This document shows, one piece after another, positions 10,801 through 19,755 of a stretch of DNA of 64,000 nucleotides. A model generated the notes under the pieces. It made no database searches. It was not told where the DNA came from and saw nothing but the letters and a program-made list of their open reading frames with translations. The first letter of the stretch is position 1. Every line of letters starts with the position of its first letter. Made by a program: the position numbers and the translations under genes. This DNA is from Bacteroidia bacterium (GTDB lineage Bacteria > Bacteroidota > Bacteroidia > AKYH767-A > OLB10): contig JAEUTH010000039.1 in the NCBI GenBank assembly GCA_016788165.1, positions 4,267-68,266 on the forward strand, given 5' to 3'.

Positions 10801-11223
10801 GTTTTGTTGCAAGCTGCGTTTGGTAGTAACTTTTTCGGTTATGGCTTGGCTGTAAGTAACTAATAAAATACCCTGATTGTGTTTGCTGATATGGTTTAAA
10901 ATTTCGGCACGTTGTAATACGAGTTGATTATCTAATGTTTCGAAATCATTAAATTTTTTATACGAAACGGGCAGAAAAAAAATTTTCTTTTCGCCTAATA
11001 AGTTTTCTAAATCATTTGCAAAGTAGGCAGCTTCTTCCTTATCATTTAAAATAAAAACTGCATTAAATGGCTGCGTTTGATATAAGGCTGCTATTAAAAC
11101 GCTGATAGAAGAACCTCTAAGTCCTTCAAAACAAACAGGCTGCTTTTGATTGGTTGATATAGCTGTTAACAGCGGGGAAAAATGTTTGTGATTTTTAAAT
11201 TTATTAATTAAGGCGTTTTTCAC
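7840..11223 (-). CDS. mfd: transcription-repair coupling factor
   Basis: 1127 aa. Walker A GDVGFGKTE, DEEQKFG box, helicase motif VI QMRGRVGRS, UvrB-homology N-terminal region. GTG start. Confidence 0.95.
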   Translation of the reverse strand: MKNALINKFKNHKHFSPLLTAISTNQKQPVCFEGLRGSSISVLIAALYQTQPFNAVFILNDKEEAAYFANDLENLLGEKKIFFLPVSYKKFNDFETLDNQLVLQRAEILNHISKHNQGILLVTYSQAITEKVTTKRSLQQNTFDVKRNEKLSIEFLSEFLDSNAFEQTDFVVEAGQYAVRGGIMDVFSFAYELPFRIEFGDDVIESIRTFDPTNQLSVQPMDYVSIIPNVKTKLLKESKESLFDFINKNFVLFFKDLSFTLQSVNEVTTLVNEYISNNNNPAEGMLQPVIADDFENENTLQQHWQHFTNIEFGGKSYYTNPTTFTFNQQPQPAFNKNFNLLFDNLYANQNKKYENVILADNPKQIERLYAIMEDIEKPAEAKSKPLQFTTQLLALHQGFVDDDLKFVCYTDHQIFNRYHRFRLKKSFEKDQAISLKEIYALKPGDFITHIDHGVGRFGGLETVIVNGKMQEAIRLLYKDNDLLYISIHSLHRISRYSGKDGTEPSLNKLGSQAWANLKSKTKKKVKDIAKDLIALYAKRKAQKGFGFSPDNFLQTELEASFIYEDTPDQIKATVDVKQDMQKPQPMDRLICGDVGFGKTEIAIRAAFKAVCDSKQVAVLVPTTILASQHYRTFKERLKEFPCNIDYINRFKTTAQQKETLQKLSSGKIDILIGTHRLLSKDVVFQNLGLMIIDEEQKFGVASKEKLKAMKVNVDTLTLTATPIPRTLQFSLMGARDLSIINTPPPNRFPVTTELHVFNDKIIREAITYEVSRGGQVFFVHNRISDIHDLADMIRKLCPDISVIVGHGQMEGEQLENVLLQFIEGQVDVLISTTIIEAGLDISNANTIIINQAQNFGLSDLHQMRGRVGRSNKKAFCYLLTPPITVLTGEARQRLKAIEEFSDLGSGINIAMRDLDIRGAGNLLGGEQSGFISEIGFETFHKILDEAIFELKHGEFKDVFEDENKTDVNTIYVRDCQIDTDLEILFPSAYISNITERLNLYKELDDIEAEDALLAFEQMLRDRFGPVPQPAIELMNTIRLRWKAKILGLEKIVLKNNLLKGYFTTTGETAFFNSDIFTTILEFAKANPTKCKLKEIDGKSTITFFNVTTIEKANKQFDQLTGAVVQNK

Positions 11224-11340
11224 AATAAATTAAATAGGTACCCCAACATGGTTTGCCGGGGTTTTAAAATTATAGCTAAACTAAAATTGCTTGAGCTGCT
11301 TAATGATATTACGCAATGGGTTTAAATAATCCGGTTCAGT

Positions 11341-11631
11341 TTACTTTTGGGTGTATGCGTTTTTTACCTTCGACATAAATGACTTTGCAGGTTTAAATGC
11401 CGGTATGTGATGTTCGGGGATAAACACTTGCTCATTGCGTGTAATAACGCGACCCATTTTTGCTGCACGCTTTTTTGCATAAAAGGTACCAAAGCCTCTC
11501 AAGTACACTGCTTTTTGTTCGCCCAAATTGTTTTTAATAAGTTTCATCCAGGCCTCAACGGTAGCTACAATTTGTGTTTTTTCGATGCCTGTACGTTCGT
11601 GAATTTCGTTTACTAAATCTGATTTTGTCAT
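11341..11631 (-). CDS. HU/IHF family DNA-binding protein
   Basis: 96 aa. MTKSDLVNEI...LRGFGTF...R..RN is the typical HU fold signature. Confidence 0.88.
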   Translation of the reverse strand: MTKSDLVNEIHERTGIEKTQIVATVEAWMKLIKNNLGEQKAVYLRGFGTFYAKKRAAKMGRVITRNEQVFIPEHHIPAFKPAKSFMSKVKNAYTQK

Positions 11632-11726
11632 AACTAATTATCTAAAATATATTGAAATTTAATAGTGTATTTATGGATATTGCGCATGGGAATTATGCCA
11701 CTGCAATTTACATAATTTAATCTGAA

Positions 11727-11734
11727 TACCTTTG
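11727..11734 (+). promoter_or_regulatory. putative -7 box TACCTTTG
   Basis: Exact TAnnTTTG, 48 nt upstream of the mutY start. Confidence 0.4.
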
Positions 11735-11782
11735 TAATAAGGTGTTTTTAATGTGTTTTAAAATTAAAAAAACTATTATATT

Positions 11783-12862
11783 TTGAGGGGTGTAAAAATA
11801 AAGAATGACGATTTTAAACGCATTCAGGATTCATTAATTTTTTGGTATCAAATAAACAAACGTAACTTGCCATGGCGCCAAACTAATGATGCATATTGCA
11901 TTTGGTTATCGGAAATAATTTTGCAACAAACCCGTGTAAATCAGGGTTTGCCTTATTACGTTGCTTTTGTAGAAACTTTTCCAACACTATCACATTTTGC
12001 AAACGCATCATTAAATCAAATTTTAAAATTATGGCAAGGCTTGGGTTATTATTCGCGTGCGCGTAATATGCATGAAGCAGCTAAGCAATTAATTCATAAT
12101 GGTGGCGTTTTTCCGGCCGATTACAATGCCTTACTTAAAATTAAAGGTATTGGCTCTTACACTGCAGCGGCTATTGCTTCGTTTGCATTTAATTTGCCAC
12201 ATGCTGTAGTTGATGGTAACGTTTACAGAGTATTGTCGCGTTATTTTGGAATAGGAACGCCTATAAATAGTGCAGTGGGCAAAAAGCAATTTGCTGAGTT
12301 AGCACAAAGAATGTTGCCCGGCCAAAATAGTGCTACCTACAATCAGGCAATAATGGAGTTGGGTGCATTAATATGTAAACCCGAGCAAGCTAACTGCAAA
12401 CACTGTCCGTTGCAATTGGGCTGTTATGCCAATGCAACAAAGCAGTTAAATTTATTGCCTGTTAAAACTGCTGCAAAACCCGTTAAGAAACGCTACATGT
12501 ATTTTGTATTGTTTCATGACAATGAACGTCTTTATTTGAAGCAAAGAACCGATAAAGATATTTGGCAAAATTTGTATGTGTTACCATACATTGAAACAGC
12601 TACCCAACAGCCAATAGATAAAATTTTAGAATCGAAATTCTTAAAAGAATTTATGGAGCAACATGATGTTACTGTTACCGTACATGAGAAAACCATAACT
12701 CATAAGTTAACCCACCAACATCTGATAACACAATTTGTAAATTGCAGGGTAAAAAAATTGCCTGCAAATAATAACTATAAGTTAAGCAACAGCCGGCAGC
12801 TTAACAACTATGCTGTGCCGCGTTTGATAGAGAAGTATTTGACGGAGCAAGGCTGGCTATAA
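11783..12862 (+). CDS. mutY: A/G-specific adenine DNA glycosylase
   Basis: LPWRQTNDAYCIWLSEIILQQT, HhH-GPD region, 4Fe-4S loop CKPEQANCKHCPLQLGC, NUDIX-like C-terminal domain. TTG start, with no in-frame ATG nearby. Confidence 0.92.
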   Translation: MRGVKIKNDDFKRIQDSLIFWYQINKRNLPWRQTNDAYCIWLSEIILQQTRVNQGLPYYVAFVETFPTLSHFANASLNQILKLWQGLGYYSRARNMHEAAKQLIHNGGVFPADYNALLKIKGIGSYTAAAIASFAFNLPHAVVDGNVYRVLSRYFGIGTPINSAVGKKQFAELAQRMLPGQNSATYNQAIMELGALICKPEQANCKHCPLQLGCYANATKQLNLLPVKTAAKPVKKRYMYFVLFHDNERLYLKQRTDKDIWQNLYVLPYIETATQQPIDKILESKFLKEFMEQHDVTVTVHEKTITHKLTHQHLITQFVNCRVKKLPANNNYKLSNSRQLNNYAVPRLIEKYLTEQGWL

Positions 12863-12936
12863 CGGCATAAATTTGATTTTGCCCATTTGCAATATCCGTT
12901 AACCTATTTGGTACTTTGATAATTGGGCTGCACTTT

Positions 12937-12944
12937 TATATTTG
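12937..12944 (+). promoter_or_regulatory. putative -7 box TATATTTG
   Basis: Exact TAnnTTTG, 24 nt upstream of ATG 12969. Confidence 0.45.
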
Positions 12945-12968
12945 CCAAACACCTAAATTAACCATAAC

Positions 12969-13388
12969 ATGTCAGGACTCAATAAAGTTTTACTAATCGG
13001 CAATCTGGGCAAAGAACCCGAAATTAAACACCTGGAAGGCGGCTACGCTAAGGCAACGTTTCCTTTAGCCACAACTGAAAACTATAAAAACAAAGACGGC
13101 ATTAAACAAGAGCAAACCGAATGGCATACCATTGTAGCATGGCGTGCTTTGGCCGAAAGCATTGAAAAACTGCAATTAAAAAAGGGCACCATGCTTTATG
13201 TTGAAGGCAAAATTCGCAACCGTACTTATGATGATAAAGAGGGGCACAAAAAATCATATACAGAAATTAATGCTGATTCGATAACGGTTATTAAACGACC
13301 TGCCATTGTTGAAAACGGAAGTGCAACAGAAGTAAAGAGCGCACCTGTGCCCGATGGACCTGTAATGCCGGGCGATTTGCCGTTTTAA
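12969..13388 (+). CDS. ssb: single-stranded DNA-binding protein
   Basis: OB-fold N-terminus (NKVLLIGNLGKEPE...TEWH) and C-terminal acidic tip GDLPF. Confidence 0.93.
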   Translation: MSGLNKVLLIGNLGKEPEIKHLEGGYAKATFPLATTENYKNKDGIKQEQTEWHTIVAWRALAESIEKLQLKKGTMLYVEGKIRNRTYDDKEGHKKSYTEINADSITVIKRPAIVENGSATEVKSAPVPDGPVMPGDLPF

Positions 13389-13557
13389 TTTAACAGGCAA
13401 CTATTGTAGAGGTGGTTTTTTATGCATTGCGCATGCCATTTAATTTTACGGTCTTGCAAATTGCCGGGTATGGATGTAAGCTCTGTTGTTTTCGAAAACA
13501 TTTTTAGAGTTTTATGTGGGATATTTAGATGACATTACGCTTACCGCATTAGCGAAT

Positions 13558-13598
13558 AAAAAAAAGACACTGCCTAATTTAAACAGTGTCTTTTTTTT
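13558..13598. terminator. bidirectional rho-independent terminator between ssb and gyrB
   Basis: A8-GACACTG-(11 nt loop)-CAGTGTC-T8. Confidence 0.8.
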
Positions 13599-13608
13599 AG
13601 GAAATAAC

Positions 13609-15582
13609 TTATGCATCTATTTTGGCATACTTGGCATTTTTTTCTATAAACTCTCTTCGAGGCGGTACATCATCGCCCATTAACATAGAGAAAATACGAT
13701 CAGCTTCAGCAGCACTTTCAATAGTTACTTGTTTCAAAGTACGTTGCTCCGGATTCATAGTAGTTAGCCACAGCTGTTCAGCATTCATTTCGCCCAAACC
13801 TTTATAGCGTTGAATGTTTACGGAACTTTCTTTGCCATCGGGACCAGCAATTCGTTTAACGGCTAACATGCGTTGTTCATCTGTCCAGCAATATTCTTCC
13901 TCTTTTCCTTTTTTTACCAGGTAAAGTGGAGGCGATGCTATGTAAATAAAACCTTGTTCAATCAACTCTTTCATGTGGCGGAAGAAGAAGGTAAGAATTA
14001 AGGTTGTGATATGACTGCCATCAATATCGGCATCGGTCATAATTACAATTTTATGATAGCGAAGTTTAGTAAGGTTTAAAGCCATCGAATCTTCAGCCGT
14101 ACCTTTACTTACACCTAAAGCGGTAAACATGTTTCTAATCTCTTCATTATCATAAATTTTATGTTCCATTGCTTTTTCAACATTTAAAATCTTACCACGT
14201 AATGGTAGTATCGCTTGATAGCGTCTATCGCGCCCTTGTTTGGCAGTACCACCTGCCGAGTCGCCCTCAACCAAAAATATTTCACATGCTTCGGGGTCGG
14301 TTTCGCTGCAATCGGATAGTTTGCCCGGCATACCTGAGCCAGTCATCACGTTTTTGCGTTGCACCATTTCACGAGCTTTTTTTGCTGCATGACGTGCTGT
14401 TGCTGCTAGTATTACTTTGTTTACAATGGTTTTAGCTTCGCGGGGGTTTTCTTCTAAATAGGCCGAAAGCATATCGCCAACTGCCTGATCAACGGCCCCC
14501 ATTACTTCATTATTACCAAGCTTGGTTTTGGTTTGTCCTTCAAATTGTGGTTCCTGAACTTTAACCGAAATAACTGCTGTAAGGCCTTCACGAAAATCGT
14601 CACCGCTTATTTCAATTTTTACTTTATCAAGCATTTTCGATTTATCGGCATAGCTTTTTAAAGTGCGTGTAAGTGCACGTCTGAAACCTGATAAATGCGT
14701 ACCCCCTTCATGCGTGTTGATGTTGTTTACATAGCTATGTACATTTTCATTGTAGGAGCTGTTGTAAGTCATGGCTACTTCAACAGGAATGCCGGTTTTG
14801 TCGGATGCAATATAAATAGGTGGGTTGATCAGATTTTCGCGGGTTTTATCTAAAAATTCAACAAATTCAACCAAGCCGCGTTCACTGTAAAAAGTGTGTT
14901 TTTGGCTATTGCCTTGCTCATCTTTTTCACGCAAATCTGTAAGCGTAATGCTAATGCCTTTATTTAAAAAGCTAAGCTCGCGCATACGTGCTGCAATCGT
15001 ATCAAAAATATAAGTTGTGGTAATAAATATGGATGCATCGGGCAAAAAGGTAACAGTAGTACCGGTGCGGTTTGTTTCGCCAATAACCTTAACCTCATGC
15101 TTTGGAATGCCGCAACTATATTCTTGCATAAATATTTTGCCTTGGCGGTGTACTTCGGCACGCAACATGGTCGATAAGGCATTAACGCAACTAACGCCTA
15201 CACCGTGCAAACCGCCTGAAACCTTATACGAATCTTTGTCAAATTTACCGCCTGCATGCAGTACCGTCATTACAACTTCTAATGCCGATTTTTTTTCTTT
15301 CGGGTGCATATCGGTAGGTATGCCACGGCCATCATCGCTTACAGTAATGCTGTTGTCTTCGTTAATAAAAACAGCAATATTTTTGCAGTATCCTGCAAGT
15401 GCTTCATCAATCGAATTGTCAACCACTTCATAAACCAAATGGTGTAACCCTTTAACACCAATATCGCCAATGTACATGGCAGGTCGCTTGCGTACGGCCT
15501 CCAAACCCTCTAAAACCTGAATGCTGTCGGCTCCGTAGTTACTTTTTGGCGCTGTACTTACAGCACCTTCGCTTAAACTCAT
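13609..15582 (-). CDS. gyrB: DNA gyrase subunit B
   Basis: 657 aa. GHKL ATPase motif LHHLVYEVVDNSIDEA, Toprim EGDSAGG, PLRGKILNVE. Confidence 0.97.
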   Translation of the reverse strand: MSLSEGAVSTAPKSNYGADSIQVLEGLEAVRKRPAMYIGDIGVKGLHHLVYEVVDNSIDEALAGYCKNIAVFINEDNSITVSDDGRGIPTDMHPKEKKSALEVVMTVLHAGGKFDKDSYKVSGGLHGVGVSCVNALSTMLRAEVHRQGKIFMQEYSCGIPKHEVKVIGETNRTGTTVTFLPDASIFITTTYIFDTIAARMRELSFLNKGISITLTDLREKDEQGNSQKHTFYSERGLVEFVEFLDKTRENLINPPIYIASDKTGIPVEVAMTYNSSYNENVHSYVNNINTHEGGTHLSGFRRALTRTLKSYADKSKMLDKVKIEISGDDFREGLTAVISVKVQEPQFEGQTKTKLGNNEVMGAVDQAVGDMLSAYLEENPREAKTIVNKVILAATARHAAKKAREMVQRKNVMTGSGMPGKLSDCSETDPEACEIFLVEGDSAGGTAKQGRDRRYQAILPLRGKILNVEKAMEHKIYDNEEIRNMFTALGVSKGTAEDSMALNLTKLRYHKIVIMTDADIDGSHITTLILTFFFRHMKELIEQGFIYIASPPLYLVKKGKEEEYCWTDEQRMLAVKRIAGPDGKESSVNIQRYKGLGEMNAEQLWLTTMNPEQRTLKQVTIESAAEADRIFSMLMGDDVPPRREFIEKNAKYAKIDA

Positions 15583-15607
15583 AAGATATCTTTTTTTGTT
15601 GAAATTT

Positions 15608-15630
15608 AAAAAAGCCTGCTAAAAACAGGC
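15608..15630 (-). terminator. terminator-like hairpin plus U-run in the gyrB 5' region
   Basis: The minus strand reads GCCTG-ttttta-CAGGC followed by T6. It ends 26 nt upstream of the gyrB ATG. Confidence 0.4.
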
Positions 15631-15691
15631 GGCATTTTATTAAAAAACGCATGTTGATTTTTAGGCATGCAATTATACGAAATAGTAGCCT

Positions 15692-15715
15692 AAAACCCCT
15701 TATAAATAAAGGGTT
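15692..15715 (-). terminator. possible lpxD terminator
   Basis: The minus strand reads AACCCTT-tatttat-AAGGGGTT-TT. The stem is imperfect and lies about 90 nt downstream of the lpxD stop. Confidence 0.35.
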
Positions 15716-15806
15716 AAAGCGTTAAAACTTTTTAACAAACGGTGCTTTAATTGTGAATATAAATGGGCGGGTTTAAGGTTTGTAAAACCATCCATTTATT
15801 GTTGCT

Positions 15807-16748
15807 TTATTTTTTCAGTGCTTGTAGCATTTCCCATATTTCGGGTATGCGTTTAATCCAGGCTAATTCTTTCATTTTTTCGCGCCCATCTATGGCCGGG
15901 CTGCCAAAATATTGTTTGCCCGGTTCGGTGTTTTTGCCAAGGCCTGATTGGCCTAAAACTACTGTGCCTTTTGCCAGTACCAAATCCTTTTGTACTCCTA
16001 CTTGCCCCCAAAGTATTACATCATCCTCAATAACTGTAACACCTGCAATCATAACGCCAGCAGCAAACAAGCAGTTTTTACCAATTACGGTATCATGGCC
16101 TACATGTACATGGCAATCGGTTTTAGTGCCTGCGCCAATTTTAGTATCACCCGATACCCCTTTTACTATGGTGCAGTTGGCGCCAATTTCTACCATGTTG
16201 TCAATCACAACCCGTCCGCATGTATGCATTTTGTCATACCCGGTAGCCCTTTTTTTATAGTAAAATGCATCGCTGCCAATGGTGGTATTGGCATGGATAA
16301 TTACATCATTGCCAATGATACAATTGTCATATATTACCACACCTGCATGTATGGTACAATTATTACCAATAACCACATTGTTGCCAATAATGGCCGTTGG
16401 AAAAATATAACAGTTACTGCCTATTTTTGCTGATGAACTAATGTTTTGTTGGTTAAATTCAAAGGGCGAAAAATGGCGTGTTAAAAAGTTGTAGTCTCTA
16501 AACGGATCATCACTAAAAAGCAAAGCTTTGCCAGGTGGGCATGTTACCTCTTTATTTATTAAAACAAATGTTGCTGCCGATTGCAATGCTTTATCGTAAT
16601 ATTTTGGATGATCAACAAAAGTAAGGTCGCCCGGCTGCACCATGTGTATTTCGTTAATGCCTGTAATATGCAAATCAGTATTACCAATAATGGTTGCATT
16701 AATAAGTTTGGCTGCATCGGTAATGGCTAACGGTTGCTTTAGTTTCAT
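15807..16748 (-). CDS. lpxD: UDP-3-O-acylglucosamine N-acyltransferase
   Basis: N-terminal LpxD-type domain (ATIIGNTDLHITGINEIH...GDLTFVDHPKY) followed by a long left-handed beta-helix of hexapeptide repeats. Confidence 0.85.
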   Translation of the reverse strand: MKLKQPLAITDAAKLINATIIGNTDLHITGINEIHMVQPGDLTFVDHPKYYDKALQSAATFVLINKEVTCPPGKALLFSDDPFRDYNFLTRHFSPFEFNQQNISSSAKIGSNCYIFPTAIIGNNVVIGNNCTIHAGVVIYDNCIIGNDVIIHANTTIGSDAFYYKKRATGYDKMHTCGRVVIDNMVEIGANCTIVKGVSGDTKIGAGTKTDCHVHVGHDTVIGKNCLFAAGVMIAGVTVIEDDVILWGQVGVQKDLVLAKGTVVLGQSGLGKNTEPGKQYFGSPAIDGREKMKELAWIKRIPEIWEMLQALKK

Positions 16749-16763
16749 AGCCTGGGTTTGAAT

Positions 16764-17555
16764 TTAATTTTGGATTTTTTTCTGTACTACAAAGAAACTG
16801 CTTTCATAATCTTTACTCGCTCTACCATCAATAAACTTTAAATTGCCTCCGAAATCAATATCGGTATGATTAGTATAAACATGTTGTAATATTTGGCAAT
16901 TACCTTTATTGAGTATTTCAATAATCTGGGTTGTGGGCAACGGATTCATTTGCATGTGGTGATAAGTGCCTATGCCAAGTTGTGCCAGTCGTTTGCGTAA
17001 TTGTAATTTGATTTTAATTTTTTGAAACCATGATAAGTTTCTAATATCCTTTGTTGGTATCTGAAAAATTAATAACCCACCTGGCTTTAATATGCGTGTA
17101 AACTCAGCTATGTATTGCCCTTGTTGCGGCTGCGGTATGTGTTGCAACACAATGCTTGTATAAATACATGAAAAAGTATTATCGGTATATGCAGTAGTAG
17201 TGTTTTGGTTTACAAAAAAATAAGTGTTGTTGTTAAACTGTGCCTTTAGTTTTTCAGCTTTTTCTACCATTGTTGCCGATACGTCAATACCATCTACCAC
17301 ATCAAAATGTGTGGCCAATGCATGTGTAAGGCGACCTACACCGCAGCCAAAGTCAAGTGCTTTATTATTGTCTATACATCTTATTTTGTTTTCGTTTAAA
17401 AACGAAAATACGCGTTGTATTTCTGTAAGTCCGCTTTTAAAAAAATCGTTAGACTGCCATTTATTGCCTGCTTTATCAGGATTTGTTAAGATTGCCCACA
17501 TGGCATCTTGTTTAGCTAAACCCTCCCAGTCTTGATTTACCGATTGAAAACTCAT
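16764..17555 (-). CDS. class I SAM-dependent methyltransferase
   Basis: Motif I LDFGCGVGR and post-I/II motifs (ILKPGGLLIF). It lies 15 nt upstream of lpxD on the same strand. Confidence 0.8.
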   Translation of the reverse strand: MSFQSVNQDWEGLAKQDAMWAILTNPDKAGNKWQSNDFFKSGLTEIQRVFSFLNENKIRCIDNNKALDFGCGVGRLTHALATHFDVVDGIDVSATMVEKAEKLKAQFNNNTYFFVNQNTTTAYTDNTFSCIYTSIVLQHIPQPQQGQYIAEFTRILKPGGLLIFQIPTKDIRNLSWFQKIKIKLQLRKRLAQLGIGTYHHMQMNPLPTTQIIEILNKGNCQILQHVYTNHTDIDFGGNLKFIDGRASKDYESSFFVVQKKIQN

Positions 17556-17572
17556 TTTTAAAAATTAGCGTG

Positions 17573-17580
17573 CAAAGCTA
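17573..17580 (-). promoter_or_regulatory. putative -7 box TAGCTTTG (minus strand)
   Basis: The plus strand reads CAAAGCTA, 17 nt upstream of ATG 17555. Confidence 0.4.
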
Positions 17581-17735
17581 ATAAACTATGCAGTTTAAAG
17601 ATGTAGGGATATAAGTAAAGTATCGAAGCTTTTGCTAAAAACCTGTTAACCCAAAACCGGGAACAGCTTGTTAGCGGTTTAGGTGTTGCTTAACTTTTAA
17701 TTAAAGCAGTCAGATAATTATATGCTATAAAAAAT

Positions 17736-17743
17736 TACCTTTG
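17736..17743 (+). promoter_or_regulatory. putative -7 box TACCTTTG
   Basis: Exact TAnnTTTG, 91 nt upstream of the typA ATG, implying a leader of about 80-85 nt. Confidence 0.4.
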
Positions 17744-17834
17744 CGCCCGCAAAAATTGGCCGTGTTTCAAGTTACACTTATTAGATAACCTGATGTCAAA
17801 GTTTGCCTCATTTCGATTTTAATAAAACATAAAT

Positions 17835-19646
17835 ATGCAAGCTATAAGAAACATTGCCATTATTGCCCACGTTGACCATGGTAAAACCACCTTGGTAGAT
17901 AAGATTTTACACAGTACCAGTGTTTTTCGCGAAAATCAGGCAACAGGCGAGTTAATTCTGGATAATAATGATTTAGAACGCGAACGTGGTATTACCATCG
18001 TTTCGAAAAACGTTTCGGTTACCTATAAAGGTGTAAAGATTAATATTATTGATACACCCGGTCACGCTGATTTTGGTGGCGAGGTTGAGCGCGTACTAAG
18101 TATGGCCGATGGTGTATTGTTATTGGTTGATGCCTTTGAAGGCCCCATGCCACAAACCCGTTTTGTTTTACAAAAAGCATTATCGCAAGGCTTAAAGCCC
18201 ATATTGGTAATTAATAAAGTTGATAAAGAAAATTGCCGTCCTGACGAAGTACATGAATCGGTTTTCGACTTGATGTTTAATTTAGATGCAACGGAAGAGC
18301 AACTCAACTTTCCAACGCTTTATGGCTCGTCAAAACAAGGTTGGATGAGCACCGATGTAACAAAACCTACAACTGATATTACTGCATTGTTAGATGCAAT
18401 ATTAGAGCATATACCTGCTGCACCGGTACGCGAGGGTACACCCCAATTATTAATTACTTCTTTAGATTACTCATCATTTGTTGGCCGTATTGCCATCGGG
18501 CGTATTCACCGTGGCACTTTAAAGGAAGGATTGCCGGTAATGTTGTGTAAACGCGATGGCACTAAAGTTAAAAGCAAGGTAAAGGAGCTAATGACTTTTG
18601 AAGGATTAGGTAAACGCAAAGTAGCCGAAGTAAATGCCGGTGATATTTGTGCCATTGTGGGCTTAGATAATTTCGAAATTGGTGATACCGTTGCCGATAT
18701 TGAAAACCCCGAACCACTTAAAAGTGTGGCTATTGACGAGCCTACCATGAATATGTTGTTTACTATAAACAACTCACCCTTTTTTGGTAAAGAAGGTAAG
18801 TTTGTAACCTCACGCCATTTACGCGACCGCTTATATAAAGAGATTGAAAAAAACTTGGCATTGCGCGTTGAAGAAACCGACTCGCCCGACTCTTACTTAG
18901 TATTTGGCCGTGGTATATTACACCTGTCGGTTTTAATTGAAACCATGCGTAGAGAAGGTTATGAGTTTCAGGTAGGTCAACCACAGGTTATTATCAAACA
19001 TATTGATGGCGTTAAATGTGAGCCATTCGAAATTTTAAGTATTGACGCACCCGAGGAAGTTGCGGGTAAAGCCATTGAATTGGCAACTATGCGTAAAGGC
19101 GAACTTTTAATAATGGAACCTAAAGGCGATTTGCAACATTTGGAATTTGAAATACCTGCACGTGGCTTAATTGGATTGCGAAATGCCGTTTTAACCGCAA
19201 CACAAGGCAAGGCTATTATGAATCATAGATTTAAGGAGTATCGTCCCTGGAAAGGCGAAATTCCATCGCGTAACAATGGTGTTTTAATTGCTATGGACAG
19301 TGGCAAAGCAACACCTTATGCTGTAGATATGATGCAAGATCGTGGTCGTTTTATTATTGATTCAACTGCCGATGTGTATGCCGGACAAATTGTTGGCGAG
19401 CATATTAAACCGGGCGATTTGGTAATAAACGTAACCCGCACCAAGAAACTTACAAATATGCGTGCTTCGGGTAGTGATGATAATGTGCGTATAACGCCTA
19501 AGTTAGATTTTTCGCTCGAAGAAAATCTGGAGTACATAGAAGCCGATGAAATGGTTGAAATAACACCACAAACCATCAGGTTGCGTAAATTACACCTCAA
19601 CCACGAGGACCGTAAACGCCACGAAAAGAAAATGCAAGCAGTATAG
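17835..19646 (+). CDS. typA: translational GTPase TypA/BipA
   Basis: 603 aa. G1 AIIAHVDHGKTTLVD, G3 DTPGHADFGGE, G4 NKVD. EF-G-like domain order without domain IV. Confidence 0.95.
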   Translation: MQAIRNIAIIAHVDHGKTTLVDKILHSTSVFRENQATGELILDNNDLERERGITIVSKNVSVTYKGVKINIIDTPGHADFGGEVERVLSMADGVLLLVDAFEGPMPQTRFVLQKALSQGLKPILVINKVDKENCRPDEVHESVFDLMFNLDATEEQLNFPTLYGSSKQGWMSTDVTKPTTDITALLDAILEHIPAAPVREGTPQLLITSLDYSSFVGRIAIGRIHRGTLKEGLPVMLCKRDGTKVKSKVKELMTFEGLGKRKVAEVNAGDICAIVGLDNFEIGDTVADIENPEPLKSVAIDEPTMNMLFTINNSPFFGKEGKFVTSRHLRDRLYKEIEKNLALRVEETDSPDSYLVFGRGILHLSVLIETMRREGYEFQVGQPQVIIKHIDGVKCEPFEILSIDAPEEVAGKAIELATMRKGELLIMEPKGDLQHLEFEIPARGLIGLRNAVLTATQGKAIMNHRFKEYRPWKGEIPSRNNGVLIAMDSGKATPYAVDMMQDRGRFIIDSTADVYAGQIVGEHIKPGDLVINVTRTKKLTNMRASGSDDNVRITPKLDFSLEENLEYIEADEMVEITPQTIRLRKLHLNHEDRKRHEKKMQAV

Positions 19647-19674
19647 TTTTTACCTAAGCTTTTTACAAAATATT

Positions 19675-19699
19675 AAACCGGCCCTAAGCCGGTTTTTTT
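19675..19699 (+). terminator. rho-independent terminator of typA
   Basis: AAACCGGC-cctaa-GCCGGTTT followed by a T-run. Confidence 0.8.
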
Positions 19700-19755
19700 A
19701 TAGATGCAATTATTCAATTTTTATATTTTGCATCCCTTTCCATTACATACAAACC

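Noticed and set aside
13486-13683. 65-aa plus-strand ORF in the ssb-gyrB intergenic region
   Set aside because: It runs through the bidirectional terminator hairpin (13558-13598) and into the 3' end of gyrB on the opposite strand. The sequence is low complexity, so it is not credible as a gene.
15763-16433. Long plus-strand ORFs (165 and 147 aa) antisense to lpxD
   Set aside because: They lie entirely inside the well-supported lpxD hexapeptide-repeat gene. The periodic repeat keeps alternative frames open. The products are low-complexity with no motifs.
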